A DNA stretch of 64,000 nt, taken from contig OX597814.1 in the NCBI GenBank assembly GCA_951406725.2, positions 85,808,001 to 85,872,000 on the forward strand, given 5' to 3'. The position numbers were made by a program, and so were the translations under genes. Within the stretch, counting starts at the first letter, position 1, and each line of letters opens with the position of its first letter. The stretch comes from Octopus vulgaris. Taxonomy: Eukaryota. Below the pieces are notes generated by a model, which did not search any database, was not told the DNA's origin, and saw only the letters and a list, made by a program, of their open reading frames with translations. This document shows, piece after piece, positions 27,256-42,137 of the stretch.

Positions 27256-27665
27256 TCTTCAAGGTGGTGCCCCAGCATGGCCACAGTCTAATGACTGAAA
27301 CAAATAAAAGATAAAAGATTAAAAAATGCGCACACACACACACGCAAGTGTTTGTTTTTCTCGTCCTTCCAGTTTGATGAATTCGATGTCGTGAGATTTA
27401 GTTTCAACGATATCGATGTTCGTATTAGAAAGCATGAGCAGAGAGAGGGGGGGGGAGAGAGGGGAACAGAGAGAGAGGGGGGGAGAGAGTTCCAAGCAGA
27501 CGCATTTCTATCAATATGAATGGGTAAAGTGATTATTAAGTTTTTGAAGACGTAAGATACTCTTAAGATGACTAAAAGACGAGAAGCGTCGGAGACGGTT
27601 GGGAAGTAGTTCTTGGTTCAAAATAAGTACAACAGCGTAACCCAGAAATTTTGAAAGAAATTTAA

Positions 27666-27869
27666 ATCCTTTAACATTTAAATAGGCCATATCCGGCACC
27701 AAAATCATACCTGTTATATGTTCAAACTGATCAGACCTGGTCTCTTACACCTACCCCACAACATCATTCTTATAATATACAATCATGTCTTCAAAATATC
27801 AGAGCTACAAGATAATGCATGATTAATTTTTTAAAAAGCATTTGACAGAGTAATCTGAATGTTAAAGGG
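27666..27869. mobile_element. piggyBac-type MITE
   Basis: TTAA on both sides; TIR-like TCCTTTAACATT / AATGTTAAAGGG. Confidence 0.65.
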
Positions 27870-28675
27870 TTAAATAATACAAAACCTCAGGCCGAGTGAA
27901 CTAAGAGGGTAAACACATTTTTTCTATACTCTTAATGTGCTGGAGTAAAAGAGGAGTCTCCTGCCGGACCGTTCCATGGTTTATTTCTGCTCATGAGGGT
28001 AAAAAACGTAACCAACTGCATTCACAAATCAAAAATAGCATATTACGTTCAGCTATGGTGTAAAACAGCTCAAGTTAGCCTAGCACCACGGTGGCCTAAT
28101 CAGCATATTTGTACTTTTGATGGGAATTCTATGTACAGTATAAAGTTTATGTTGTGTTGAGCGGATAACAAATTGTGAGACAGTCTGTCAAGAGACTTCG
28201 TGCCCCCTTTAATAGCACAAAAACAATGTATTTACATTTTTAGCCCATATACATCGATATTTTGCAAAATATACATGTATACATAGCTTCCTACTTACAT
28301 ACATACATACATAAAATAAACATTATATTTTGCCAAAAGTAGCTTTACTGTACCATAGGGTACTGACATATATACACACAAAGATATGCGCGGGTGTGTG
28401 TGTATGGAGAGAGAAAGAGGGGGATGAGAAGGAGAAGGAGAGAAGGCGAGACAGAGAGAGAAAGAGAGAGAGTGAGAGAAACAGAGACAGAGTGGAAGAT
28501 ATGGAAGAAAATATCTATTTGTAAAAAGATTAAATTGAGAGAATGGTTTAGTTTGTGGCGGTGGTGGTGGTGGTTACGGTTGTGTATGTGTGTATGTGCA
28601 TTTATATATCAGACGGTGTACGCGCGCGAGTGTGTACGAGTGTATGCGTTTGGAAAACACAGTGTAATAGTGTAT

Positions 28676-28728
<53 letters not shown>

Positions 28729-28852
28729 TATCTGGTAGAAAGGTGAGAAATGTAATGGTGTGAAGGTTGGTGTGTACGGGTATCAAATTCTACGAGAACC
28801 GCCTTAAAAGTCAGAAAGCAACCAGGGGCGAACCGTGGTACCCGTATCATAC

Positions 28853-28906
28853 CTCATTCGATCCTCATCTTGCACTCCATCATGGCTTATGTTAATGGAC
28901 GTGAGG
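28853..28906 (-). CDS. candidate 54-nt in-frame host exon (LTSINISHDGVQDEDRM), product unknown
   Basis: Minus strand: pyrimidine-rich tract ...CTCTCATCCCTAACACAG| exon |GTATGA; length divisible by 3, only one open frame (phase 2/2); unique sequence between microsatellites. Confidence 0.35.
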
Positions 28907-28988
28907 CTGTGTTAGGGATGAGAGCAAACCACAAGAGATATGGGTATCCCTCCTATCATCTCACTATCTATCTATCTATCTATCTATA

Positions 28989-29056
<68 letters not shown>

Positions 29057-29167
29057 CAGCCAGCCAGCCAGCCATCTATCCATTTATCTATCTCTCAGTC
29101 TGTCTGCTTCGCTTTCTCTATCTCACTGTCTCTGTCTCTTTCTCCCACGATTTTTCTCTCTTTCTCG

Positions 29168-29225
<58 letters not shown>

Positions 29226-29306
29226 TTCTGTTTTGGGTGTAAATACAGGGTGGGCCAAAAGTCACGCACCAAAGCATTACATTTTATTTATATTGCGTTA
29301 TTATTA

Positions 29307-29428
<122 letters not shown>

Positions 29429-29431
29429 AAC

Positions 29432-29462
<31 letters not shown>

Positions 29463-30369
29463 TATATATATATATATATAAACTTCTATACGGCTTTTTT
29501 TAATCATAGATAATTTTATCACCCGGTTATTGTTTTCGAAATTAGTGATGATCGAAACTTTATTTTCTTTTGTCATCAGTCGATTAATGCAGTTGAAAAT
29601 ATGATCATATTAAGAGTCTTATCTCTCTCTCCGTCCGTCTCTCTCCCTCTCTCTCTTTCTCTCCCTCTCTCTCTTTCTCTCCCTCTCTCTCTTTCTCTCC
29701 CTCTCTCTCTTTCTCTCCCTCTCTCTCTCTCTCTCTCTCATACACACACGCACACTCATAAACACACACTCATACGCACAAACACAAACACACACACACA
29801 AACATAGATAAACAGAATGAAAAAGAATTATAGTTAGACCTACGACACAAAGAGAGGTACAGAAGGATAGAGATAGACAAAAAAGAAAAAGACGAAGGAT
29901 CAGCAAAAACAAAAAAAATCAAGAAAGAAAAGAAGAGACAAATAGACAAGCAAAAAATACATAGATTGATAGAGAGATAACCAGATAGACAGATCTAACA
30001 ATAGAACGACAGAGAGAAAGAGCGACAAAATCGGCGAAGTACATATGTTACATTCTACAGTAAACCCAATGTCGTCTGTCTGTGAGTGTATGTGTCAGAC
30101 AGAATCTCCATTTAATTGTTATTTAATCCCGTCTGTCTTTCAACTAGTTCTCCACCCTAATGATAGCCTGTATGTCTTTTACTTAGCAGGTTACGTTTGT
30201 TATCTGGCTATATTGCTTGAAGTGTTATACTTTCCAGCTCTGCTTAATACTAAGCTTTCATCTCCCTCTCTGCTGCTTACACCCGTTTAGGCCCTTTTGT
30301 ACCGATGACAGGGTTATCGTATGTGTAAAGACCTGTTTCAGCATGTGAACATGTATGTATGTATGTATG

Positions 30370-30403
<34 letters not shown>

Positions 30404-30558
30404 TGTATGTATGTATGTATGTATGTATGTATGTATGTATGTATGTATGTATGTATGTATGACTGGCTGGATGGATGGATGGATTAATGCATCTGTATAT
30501 TGCATATTGTACATGTGTGTCTCTGTGTGTGTAATATATAGGTGTGTATGTATATATA

Positions 30559-30623
<65 letters not shown>

Positions 30624-31156
30624 GCGGGCGAGAGGTCAAACGAAAGACGGAAGCAGTCAACACATTTAGTAGGTATTACATATATTATTATGTAAAACAA
30701 TGTGAATCGGACCGATACAACTTAAAATTTCGTAGACTTCTTACAGAAACCTAACTCGTCCAAATGGAGGGATACAGGAAGTTCAAGATGGCTACCAAAA
30801 CGACTACTTGGATTTCCTGGACCCCTCCATTTGGTTAACCGATCTCGACGAGCTAGATTTCTCTCAGAAGCCTACAAAAGCTTATGTCGCATAGATATGA
30901 ATGAAACTGTGTTAAATATCAATATATGTATACCGTCCTTTCTTTGATTAAATAGTGAATTTTAATACTGATTTAAAATTTTGACAAGAGGTGAATCGAT
31001 TACATCAGAGATGTACCTGCCAAGCCAGAGATTTGATCAATCTGAGGCTGTGTGTTGAAATTAAAGCAATATACAGCGTGGAAGACATATCAACAATTCG
31101 AAAGCACAGAAACTCTTTACAGTTAAATGTTTTTGTGTGTCCTTGAGTAGCCAATA

Positions 31157-31732
31157 CAGTAGTTCTCAACCATTTTCTTCTTATGGACTCCTTTGATTCC
31201 TATTCCACCAGAGTGGTTTCCCATAGCCATTCGATGTTTAAAAAAGTTCTATTGTATTTTTATAATTTATATTTTTAGGAACTGTATTTTAAAAAAATGG
31301 TAAAATATTTTGTATATTGTAGGAGTATAAGCGGAAGCGCAATGGCCCAGTGGTTAGGGCAGCGGACTCGCGGTCGGAGGATCGCGGTTTCGATTCCTAG
31401 ACCGGGCGTTGTGTGTGTTTATTGAGCGAAAGCACCTCCATGACGGTCCGGCAGGGGGGGGGGTGACCCCTGTTGTACTCTATCGCCAAAACTTTCTCTC
31501 ACTCTTTCTTCCTGTTTCTTGAGTAACGCTGCGATGGACTGGCGTCCCGTCCAGGTGGAGGGAACACATGCGCCACAGAAACAGGGAAACCGAGCCCATG
31601 GGCTTGGCTAGGCTTGAAAAGGGCGACAAGCAAACAAGCAAGAAGTATAACCAATTTATTGCACATAAATTTTAACGACAACATCTTATATGCATTCCCT
31701 CAAGGGTCATATGAACCCCGGTTGAGAACCAC
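31157..31732. mobile_element. hAT-like MITE interrupted by a SINE
   Basis: TIRs CAGTAGTTCTCAACC / GGTTGAGAACCACT; a partial second copy starts at 32881. Confidence 0.7.
31331..31640 (+). mobile_element. tRNA-derived SINE with a V/Meta-like domain, nested in the MITE
   Basis: Box A TGGCCCAGTGG, box B GTTTCGATTCC, CTGCGATGGACTGGCGTCCCGTCCAGG block and CAAG/CAAA tail; TSD-like AGGAGTATAA / AGAAGTATAA. Confidence 0.75.
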
Positions 31733-31904
31733 TAAGCTAATATATGTCTTGAGTGGTTAATATGTATCTCCCTGTAATCATTTTTAAAAATATGATAGGG
31801 GAGTTTCAATGCAAAAATTAGATTTCAAATATTATGCCAGTATTTTTGAAAGAGTACACTGGTTCCAATTTCAATCCCACTTCGTGGCATCTTAAGCCAC
31901 TATC

Positions 31905-32232
31905 ACTTTTACTCTGCGTGCATGAGCGAAAGTAGGGTATTGTAATCACTCGTTTTTGTCTGTTTGTTTGCGCGTTTGCAAAATTACTGGAAAATAGCTG
32001 AACGGATTTTTACCACATTGGGTGAGTGGTTCGGAATGATGAACATTTGGTTTTATTATCTTTAAAAATAAATAAATTTTAAATCGAACTTACAAATTTC
32101 CTGATAAGCAAGTGGTCATATTATTTTGTTCACTTTCTTTTTCATATGAATCAACCCTCGTCTGCGTGTGTATAGATCATGGTGTACCAATGCGCGTAGA
32201 CACATGTGCGTGCGTACATACATATGCGACTT

Positions 32233-32298
<66 letters not shown>

Positions 32299-32475
32299 TG
32301 TGTGTGCCTGTGTGTGTATATACTGATGGATTCGAGGGATTCTTTTATATTCCAGTTTTCTTATTTTGACCGGAGTATAAATTCCTATAAAAAAAAATCA
32401 ATTCAGTTCAATTAAAAAGCATGGGTATGCAACGCATTGTAAACCACAATTTGCGAAAAAAAAATTACCAGTTTT
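31905..32475 (+). mobile_element. possible Helentron-associated (DINE-1/HINE-like) element
   Basis: TTTTACTCTGCG...AGGGTATTGT start, (GTCT/GTTT)n tract, CTGAACGGATTTT block and T-run end. Confidence 0.4.
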
Positions 32476-33132
32476 TTCATTTCACTATTCTATTTATTTA
32501 TTGTGACCCAATTCAGCCTAACCCTTGTAAGTGAAAATGGGTAAAAGAAAACTGTGCAGAAGTACGTCCAGCTCCATCACATACAGAGTCCCGCTCGATC
32601 TGATGGGAACTATATTAAGCGTATTCTGTGTATCTGTGAAATACTCAGCCACTTATACGCTAATTCAATAAGCAGTTAGTCAAACAACAGAAAGCTCATC
32701 GTCAGAAATTCTCACGAGATTCATTTTATTCATATTTATTGTAAGCTTATGGAACAAGAGCAAGATTCTAAATTTGGGAATTGCGAATTTAGGGGATTCG
32801 GAGTCAAAGGCAATGTGATACTTTCAAAATTGCTGAATCTTTTACAAGTAAATATTTTGCTGGAAACGAAGGCTTTAAAGCAGTGGTTCTCAGCTCTTTT
32901 TTACATATGGACCCTTTGTTCACCATTTTATTCCGCATATCTATTCGATGTCTAAAAACTAGTTTTATAGATACTTCTTTCAAAATTCTTATTTTGTTAT
33001 TCACTCATTCACTTGTATTATGTTAGAGAGAAAAAAACGAACCTAGCTGTTTCTTTATTATTATAGATAATATTATATATATATATATAAATACACACAT
33101 ATATATATATACACATATATATGCATACACAC

Positions 33133-33170
<38 letters not shown>

Positions 33171-33272
33171 GGAGAGAGAGAGAGAAAAGAGAAGAAGAAG
33201 AAGAAGAAGAAGAAGAAGAAGAAGAAGAAGAAGAAGAAGAAGAAGAAGAAGAAGAAGAAGAAGAAGAAGAAG

Positions 33273-33304
<32 letters not shown>

Positions 33305-33774
33305 TGGATATGAGAGGAGGGAGGTGGGAGGCGGGGAAAGAAATAAGAAAGAGGAGAGGGAATAAGAAACGATAGAGAAAACGTATAATGTAAAAATAGA
33401 AATATTTGCCACGTGTTTCCCGCCATGCAGTCACACTTCGGTCACGCGCCGTCACCCAATCTTTCAATCGCACCGTTTAGCTTAAATAAACACATTAACA
33501 AAACGGAATGAAAGAAAATAACGAAAACAACCACCTACTTAACCACCAGTAATTTTTTGCTCGTCTTAGTTAACTCACAACTTATGGTTTACCTCATAAA
33601 GCGTATCTCCCGACCTTTGCCACGTTCACTGCTACCCTAATGCTTACTCTGATCAATTGCTTCATAAAACGTGTCTGTGTTTAATGTTTAGAAATCCATT
33701 TCCGGAAATAATTTTAACACCCACCATCTTTGTTCATTTACTCTCCCGGTTTTCTATTCATCATTCGTTGCTTT

Positions 33775-34140
33775 TTATTCTTTTATTCTTTTACTTGTTT
33801 CAGTCATTTGTTTGCGGCCATGCTGGAGTGCCGCCTTAAAGGGCTTTTTAGTCGAAGAAATCGACCCCAAGATTTATTCTTGTAAGTCTGATACTTATTC
33901 TATCTGTCTGTTTTGCCGAACTGCTAACTTACGGAAACATGTCAACATGTAAAGCAATAGTGGAGGAACAAACACAGACACTAAGACACACACAAATACG
34001 CATAAATATATACATATATGTATACACACACACACTGTGGGCTTCTTTCAGTTTTCGTCTACCAAATCCACTTACAAGATTTTGGTCGGCCCGAGTCTAT
34101 AGTAGAAGATATTTACCCAAGGTGCCATGCAGTGGGAATG
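33775..34140 (-). mobile_element. SINE family A, 5'-truncated, abutting the Tc1 element
   Basis: Reverse complement of family A from the CORE-like block to the tail. Confidence 0.8.
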
Positions 34141-35275
34141 AACGAGGTGTGGACTCGTACAAAGTTTGAATTGTTTCCAAAGGAATTTTTGTCCTTTCTT
34201 CAGCTAAAACAGTCTCCAGTTCTTGTAGTGATGATAGTGGAGGATAACGACTCCTTATTTGTTTTTCTAAAATGCACCGCAAATGTTCAATAATATTGAG
34301 ATCTGGGGACTGTGGTGGCCAGATAAGATGTTCAACTTCACAAGAATATCGCTCATGCCATTCAGTAACAACTTTAGCTGTGTGAATTGGTGCATTATCA
34401 TCCTGAAAGATTGCGTTTCCCCTCCGTAAACAGTTCCACAACCATAGGATTAATTTGATCAGATAAATTCTTAAATAGTCTGCCATGAAGGGAAACCATT
34501 GGACCGGCTGAGTTCCAAGATATATCCCCCCAAAACATCACAGATCCTCCTCCATGTTTAACAGTTGGAAGAAGGCAGAATGAGTCAAATGCTTCTTTTG
34601 GCTGTCTCCACGTGTATATTTGACCAGTGGTCGGAAATACGATAAAGGATGACTCGTCCGAGAAAATTACATATTTCCACTGCCCTAGGGACCAATTCTG
34701 TAGGTTTTTACTCCACTCTAATCGCTTTACAACGTATGCTTTTGAAAGTAGTGGTTATCTGATTACAGCCCTCCCGTGAAATTCGGCTTTGAGCAGCTCC
34801 CAGCAAACAGTTTTTGTGGAAACTGGGTTCTTGAGGTGGTCATTAAGTTCTGCAGTAATTCTGGGAGCTGCACTTTTGTGATCCTTTCTAACAATTCGTG
34901 TAAGAGTCCGTTCCAGAGTTTTGTTTCGACGAAGAGGTTTTTTCTTCCTTCATAAAGGCTGTCATTATTTTCAAGACAATACTTCTTGATACACCAAACA
35001 TTTTGGCTGTTTTCGTTATGCTAGCGCCTGTCATACGAGCACCAACAATTTGACTTCTTTGAAGGTCCGATAGAGTTGTCATTTTAATGAATTTTAATTA
35101 CCTCTTTTCTGATGATATCTGAAAAGAAACAGCAATTTTAGCAAAACATATTAAGCAACACTAATAATAAATAAAAAAAACATATAAAAATAAACAAGCT
35201 TTTAACAGTTTTATAGATATTTCAAAATTATGATGATATGATGCTAGGTGTTTCCATTATTTTGTCCAACCCCTG
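34141..35275 (-). mobile_element. Tc1-like DNA transposon with a pseudogenised transposase; 3' TIR missing
   Basis: TA|CAGGGGTTGGACAAAATAATGGAAACACC terminus; N-terminal HTH region MTTLSDLQRSQIVGARMTGASITKTAKMFGVSRS; catalytic region FQDDNAPIH...WPPQSPDLNIIE; frameshifts. Confidence 0.9.
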
Positions 35276-36295
35276 TATATATATTTCGCTTAGGCATTGC
35301 AAGTCGAATAACCTGGTGTAGAACTCAATATACGTATGTTTCAGAACAAAGTGTTTGATGAGTATAGATCGATATTATGAAAAAGAGATAACGTAAGAGA
35401 AACAACGGTTATGAAGACGCGGGACCTAGTGGTTGGATCGTTGCACTTACATTGCTAGATAGTGGGTTTTATCACAGGACCGGGCGACACCTTTCTCCTT
35501 ATTATCGATAAAATTAAGAATAAGTCCAAAAAGGTGATTAGGCAGTGTTGTTAGAACGTCGTTTCAGATGTCTTTGCCGTATTTGTTTCGGCCTTTTGAG
35601 TTCTGCGTTCTTGGATGGTAGAATTCATCCGACACCCAGTTTAACATTACCACATAGTCCTTGAGCGTCTTTAGCGAAGCTCATTGTGTTGCAAGCAATC
35701 GGGCCATACTAACAATTAGAACTTAACTTCCCCTCTTTCTTCCATTAGTCTCTGAGCCTCTGGAAAAATACAGAGCCATGAGTGCCGTCCTTCCTACCTT
35801 GAATAAACGGTATAACAAATTAAAGCGTTATCCAATATATCGATCTCTTTAGTATGTAGTTTGAGAGAAAGAGATTTAGCTGCTATGCCGAGCAGACCAT
35901 GCAGCAACATAGTGTCTTCCTCGTTGACAAGGCATAACAAGTGTAAATTACCCGGGCGTCACGGTGTAACACATACAACGACTAAGAGGTGTTGGTGCGA
36001 GGAGTTTTTCCCAAAATCTCATTTTTAACCCTGTTATTTTCCTCTCCTTCTATGTTTGGGTGTGAAGTAGAACGAATCAAAAGACCGCTGGGAGAAGTAA
36101 GTAGCGAAATAGAATTTCTGGTGCAAATAATATATGAATATGTAATTATGGAAACAAAAAATATATTTCCTTATTTTTCTAAAATTTCGTTCAGTATTTC
36201 ATAATTTTGTTATTGATATTTTAATGCTTCTTTTCTTTTTTCTGTTTTTTTTCTGGTTCGTTCTTTATTAAGTCACATAATACGTATGTGTGTAC

Positions 36296-36329
<34 letters not shown>

Positions 36330-36347
36330 AGGTATTTATGTGTGTGT

Positions 36348-36412
<65 letters not shown>

Positions 36413-37129
36413 TACATACATATATATTTATATGCATATATAAATATATATTATATATATATATATATACATGTGTATGTATATTAGTATGTGAATATAT
36501 ACACATATAGACGCTTTGTTATTGACAACACCCAGAAGTAACCGGAACTTTGAGCAGGAGGAACTCATGTCATGAGACGGTGTCCAACGATCCTCGAGTG
36601 TCTCCACCCCTGAACCCTAACACCCTCCTAAAGGTGGATCAGCAGAAGTAGTCAAATTACTGTTCATCAACTCCTCACGGCCTCCAGCTTACTTCCTCTC
36701 TCTTGCTCCATATCCATGTATGAGTACATATATATATATATTGGATAGACTGGTATTTTGTACTTTATTTTCTACATCTAATCTAAAAATACTGGTAGAA
36801 TAAAAACGATCGTTGCTGCTGTAAGTATGTGATATTTTCCATTCTTGTTCGTGTTACATACTCTGGGTTTCTTGAAATTCTTCTAAGTAATATTTAGATT
36901 TACTTATCATACATGGCACAAGACCAACAATTTCGTTGGAGACACAAGTAAATTACGTCGATCCTAGTACTCATCTAGTATTTATTTTACCAACTCTGAA
37001 AGGATGAAATGGAAATGCTACCGAGGTCGATTTTGCTGACGTTTCTGCCAGCTAGCCTTATATATTAAAATTGAATTATATTCATATTTAATAAACCAAA
37101 TCATTGCTTTTCATTTGACCCACTTCGAT

Positions 37130-37390
37130 CATAAACAGCTGTAATGATTGGGACGATACTTAGAAAACCTCAGACAGTAAGTAGCTTTCGTAAATGCAGA
37201 ATTCAAGATTTTGGCAAGGTGTAGGCCAACACGTTGGTGCTTATCGTTGGCATATTGGTCAGTGATCGACAAATAAACATCCATCTTAAGCGATACATCA
37301 AAGAAACAACATATAGCTGCTACTGCGTGTGGAACGCTATTGCATGTAGGACGAATCCAGTTGTCAGCTGACTCCATCATGAAGATCATC
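37130..37390 (-). mobile_element. very old L2/CR1-like RT fragment (tentative)
   Basis: CFFDVSLKMDVYLS... resembles the post-YADD LGVxFDxxLxMxxHI block. Confidence 0.3.
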
Positions 37391-37605
37391 CTGTCCCCAC
37401 TTTACCCGGGAAGTGCAGGCAGTTTTCCTCTGCCTGGTGTCAGTTTTATATTTTGTTGTCACTATTTATATTGTTTACACGTTTATTTAAATCTTCACTC
37501 TTCTTCCTTTTTGTATTGTCCTGAATATTTCTTACGGCCCTTGTGACCAATAAAATATTATTGCTCTTGACGTTATTGTTGTTGCTGTTATTGTTATTTT
37601 TATCT

Positions 37606-38537
<932 letters not shown>

Positions 38538-38590
38538 GCAACAGCAGCAGTAGCAGTAGTAGTGGTAGTAGCAGCAGCAGCACCAGCAGC

Positions 38591-38667
<77 letters not shown>

Positions 38668-38983
38668 CAGCAGCAGCAGCGGCGGCGGCGGCAACAGCAG
38701 CAGTGGCAGCAGCAGTAGCAACTATAATTTAACACAATAATAATGTATACTTTATGCATAATTAATGGCATGCTCCAAAATTTTATCCATTAAGCATAAT
38801 TGAAATGAAGTATATTAGAAGTATTTATTTCATGGCGGTACGTATATATAGATTTTGTTTTACATATGTACACATATACACATGTATATGCAAGCATATA
38901 TATGCATAAATATATGTATGTGTCTGTTTATATTTATATAAATATATATATATATGTGTATATATATATGTGTGTGTGTGTGT

Positions 38984-39065
<82 letters not shown>

Positions 39066-39173
39066 ACATTCATGCATACATATATATATATGTACCCGTG
39101 AAAAGAAGTTTCATTATTGGGTTTGGAATTTTATCTTGCAATTGATTACACCAAGGTTTGGAGAAGGAAACAT

Positions 39174-39205
<32 letters not shown>

Positions 39206-39479
39206 TCGCACTCTCTCTCTCACTCTATCTCACAATCTCTCTCTCCCTCTGCCCCTCTCTCTCTCTCTCTGTTTATATATATATCAGAAGTAAAAGAGTA
39301 ACTCAAAGGCCGAAAGTTTCGTGAGTTGGCAGTATGCATGTGTGTATGTATGTATGTATGTATGTATGTATGTATGTATGTATGTATGTATGTATGTATG
39401 TATGTATGAATGGATGGATGGATGGATGGATGCTTGTAAAATTATTTCTATTATAACTCGATATAAAAACAAGCATTAA

Positions 39480-39875
39480 TAAGTGTGTGGTAAGAAATTT
39501 GTTTCCTAAAGATAGCGTCACTGCGTGGAGTCTTGTGACATAGGCAAGTGCCACCTGCTACAGCCCTGAGGTGGACAAAGCCTTGTGAATGAATTGTGAA
39601 TGGAAACTGAATAGCAGCCCATCGCCTATGTGTGTGTGTATATATATATATATATACATCTGTGAATGTGAATGTGTGCGTGCGCGTGTGCGTGTATGTG
39701 TGCCTCTCTCTCTGTTCTTGGTTTGTTTGCATCCCATAACATAGCGGTCCGACAAAAGGAGACCGAAAGAATGAGCACCAGACTTTAAAATTAACTACTG
39801 GTGTCGATCTGTTCCACTAAAAGCCTTCAAGCCTGTGCCCCAAAATGGCTGCAGCCCGACGACTGAAACAAGCAA
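39480..39875 (+). mobile_element. SINE family A, diverged
   Basis: GTGTGGTAAG head, AAAGCCTTGTGA block, internal microsatellite and GACTGAAACAAG tail. Confidence 0.7.
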
Positions 39876-39885
39876 AGTCAAAGTT

Positions 39886-39962
<77 letters not shown>

Positions 39963-39966
39963 TGTG

Positions 39967-39997
<31 letters not shown>

Positions 39998-40005
39998 GTC
40001 TGTGT

Positions 40006-40340
40006 GAAGGCGCATGGCTCAGTGGTTAGAGCAGCGAGCTTACGATCGTGAGGTTGTGAGTTCGAATCCTGGACCGGGCTACGTGTTGTGCTCTTAAGCA
40101 AGACACTTTATTTCACGTTGCTCCAGTTCACGCAGCTGTTGAAATGAGCTGCGACATACAGGTGTCAAATTGTATCGGCCTTTGCCTTTCCCTTGGATAA
40201 CATCGGTGGCGTGGAGAGGGGAGGCTGGTATGCATGGGCGACTGCTGGTCTTTCATAAACAACCTTGTCCGGACTTGCGCCTGAGAGGGTAACTTTTCTA
40301 GGTGCAATCCCATGGTCAGTCATCACCGAAGGGGGTCTCA
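40006..40340 (+). mobile_element. tRNA-derived SINE family C
   Basis: TGGCTCAGTGGTTAGAGC box A and GTTCGAATCC box B; body collinear with 12376-12720. Confidence 0.85.
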
Positions 40341-40460
40341 GCATATATATATATTTCAGAGTAAGCACATAAATGTGAAACAAGATGGAAAAAGGAGTAC
40401 TCACATACTAGAGGTAGAGTTATGTGCTTTATTTAAAAGCAGCAGAAATATAACATTAAA

Positions 40461-40500
40461 ACACTTACTCAGAGTTTCACGTTCCCGTTCGTTGGACAGT
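40461..40500 (-). ncRNA. decayed hammerhead-like motif in a pLTR-like repeat
   Basis: Minus strand: ACTGT-CCAACGA-ACG-ggaa-CGT-GAAA-CTC-t-GAG-TA; stems II and III pair but the CUGA box is mutated. Confidence 0.35.
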
Positions 40501-41356
40501 TTTGTTAGAATGGAACAGAAATGACGATACAATCAAACAAAAAAAACAAAAAACTAGTTTAAAGGATACGTCTTTGAAAATGGTTTAGCTTCATTGGTTC
40601 TTTCAACTAACGGTCTTAAGCATGCAATGATCAATATAAATTCAGTATAAATTCATCCTATTGTAAAATCGAAGGAAACCTTAAATCGAAGAACAGATTC
40701 CAAATACATATGGTAAATAATCATATACGAAATATAAGTCAATTAATACATTTAAATTAAAATTAAAAATTTCACGCTATATTATATAAATGTTTTTTCA
40801 GCAGTATATACGCATACTAGACCATCTATAATATACATATATACACCAAAATACACAGATGCATGTACATAGTTATATATGTATTTAGACAAACATATAT
40901 AAGACATAAATATATACACAAATACACACATATACATATATGTATGCATACATGAGCGCGTACAAAATCTCTTGGTGTATACATATACGTGTAAGACATA
41001 AATATATATACAAACACAGATATACATATATGTACGCATACATGCGCGCGCACAAAATCTCTTGGTGTATACATATACAGGACAGTTATTACAGACGAGA
41101 GAAATAGGAAGTATACCTTAAACGTAGGGAGGAGGGAAAGAAAAAGAAAAGAAACAGAGACGTAAAAACTAGCGAGCGAAAGAGGAAAAGAGAAAAAGAA
41201 GAAAAAAGAAGAAAGAAGAAAAGGAGGAAAAAAGAAGCTTGTTAAGAGCGCTAGCAATGTATCCAGTAGAAGAGAAAATATACTTTGAGTAAGAAAAGAA
41301 AAGCAAGAGAAATAGATCACGAAATATGTGTAGCGAACGCGCAAATAAAATAAAAT

Positions 41357-41411
<55 letters not shown>

Positions 41412-41440
41412 ATATATATATATATATATATAGTCATAAA

Positions 41441-41480
<40 letters not shown>

Positions 41481-41561
41481 TTTATGACTATTTAAATTTT
41501 TTCCCACTAGGCCGCTGGTGGCAAAAGAATTCTACAAAATTTTTTTGCCACCCTATATTGA

Positions 41562-41621
<60 letters not shown>

Positions 41622-41627
<6 letters not shown>

Positions 41628-42137
41628 TAGAAGAACGCTAAAGATTAGCGATTCTTGTAAAAACTTCGCCTCTTTCATTAGCCAACTCAACAAGAAAATA
41701 GTGCCGATTCTGATCCGAAGAATTGCAATTGCAAAGATAAGACCGCCTGTCCGTTGGAAGGAAAATGATTGGAGAAATTGATTGTGTATAGGGCCAAAGT
41801 ACAAACAGAAAGTTCACATGAATATAAAATGTACACGGGGCTTCAGAAAAATTCTTTCAAGACCAGGTTTTATTCACATAGAAATTCCTCCCGGTACACC
41901 GAAAATAGGACAAAGACCAGTCTGGCAAAGCATGTCTGGGAACTGAAAGAAAATGAAACCCGTCCTTCCAAAGTTACATGGAAAATTTTAGATACAGCAT
42001 CAGCTTACAGACATGCTGTCTATAAAAAGCCCATCAAATGTGATTTATGCCTTTCGGAGAAACTCTTTATTTTATTCCAGGACAATAGCGATTTGAATCA
42101 AAGACGCGAACTCTTAAATTCCTGCAACAAAATTTAA
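41622..42137 (+). mobile_element. Penelope-like GIY-YIG endonuclease C-terminal fragment (Cys-rich, probably Hydra-type)
   Basis: [13 protein letters not shown].../CNCKDKTACPLEGK*LEKLIVYRAKV...YTG...FKTRFYSH...TSLAKHVWELK...WKIL...CDLCLSEK...LNQRRELLNSC; one frameshift and one TGA. Confidence 0.8.
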
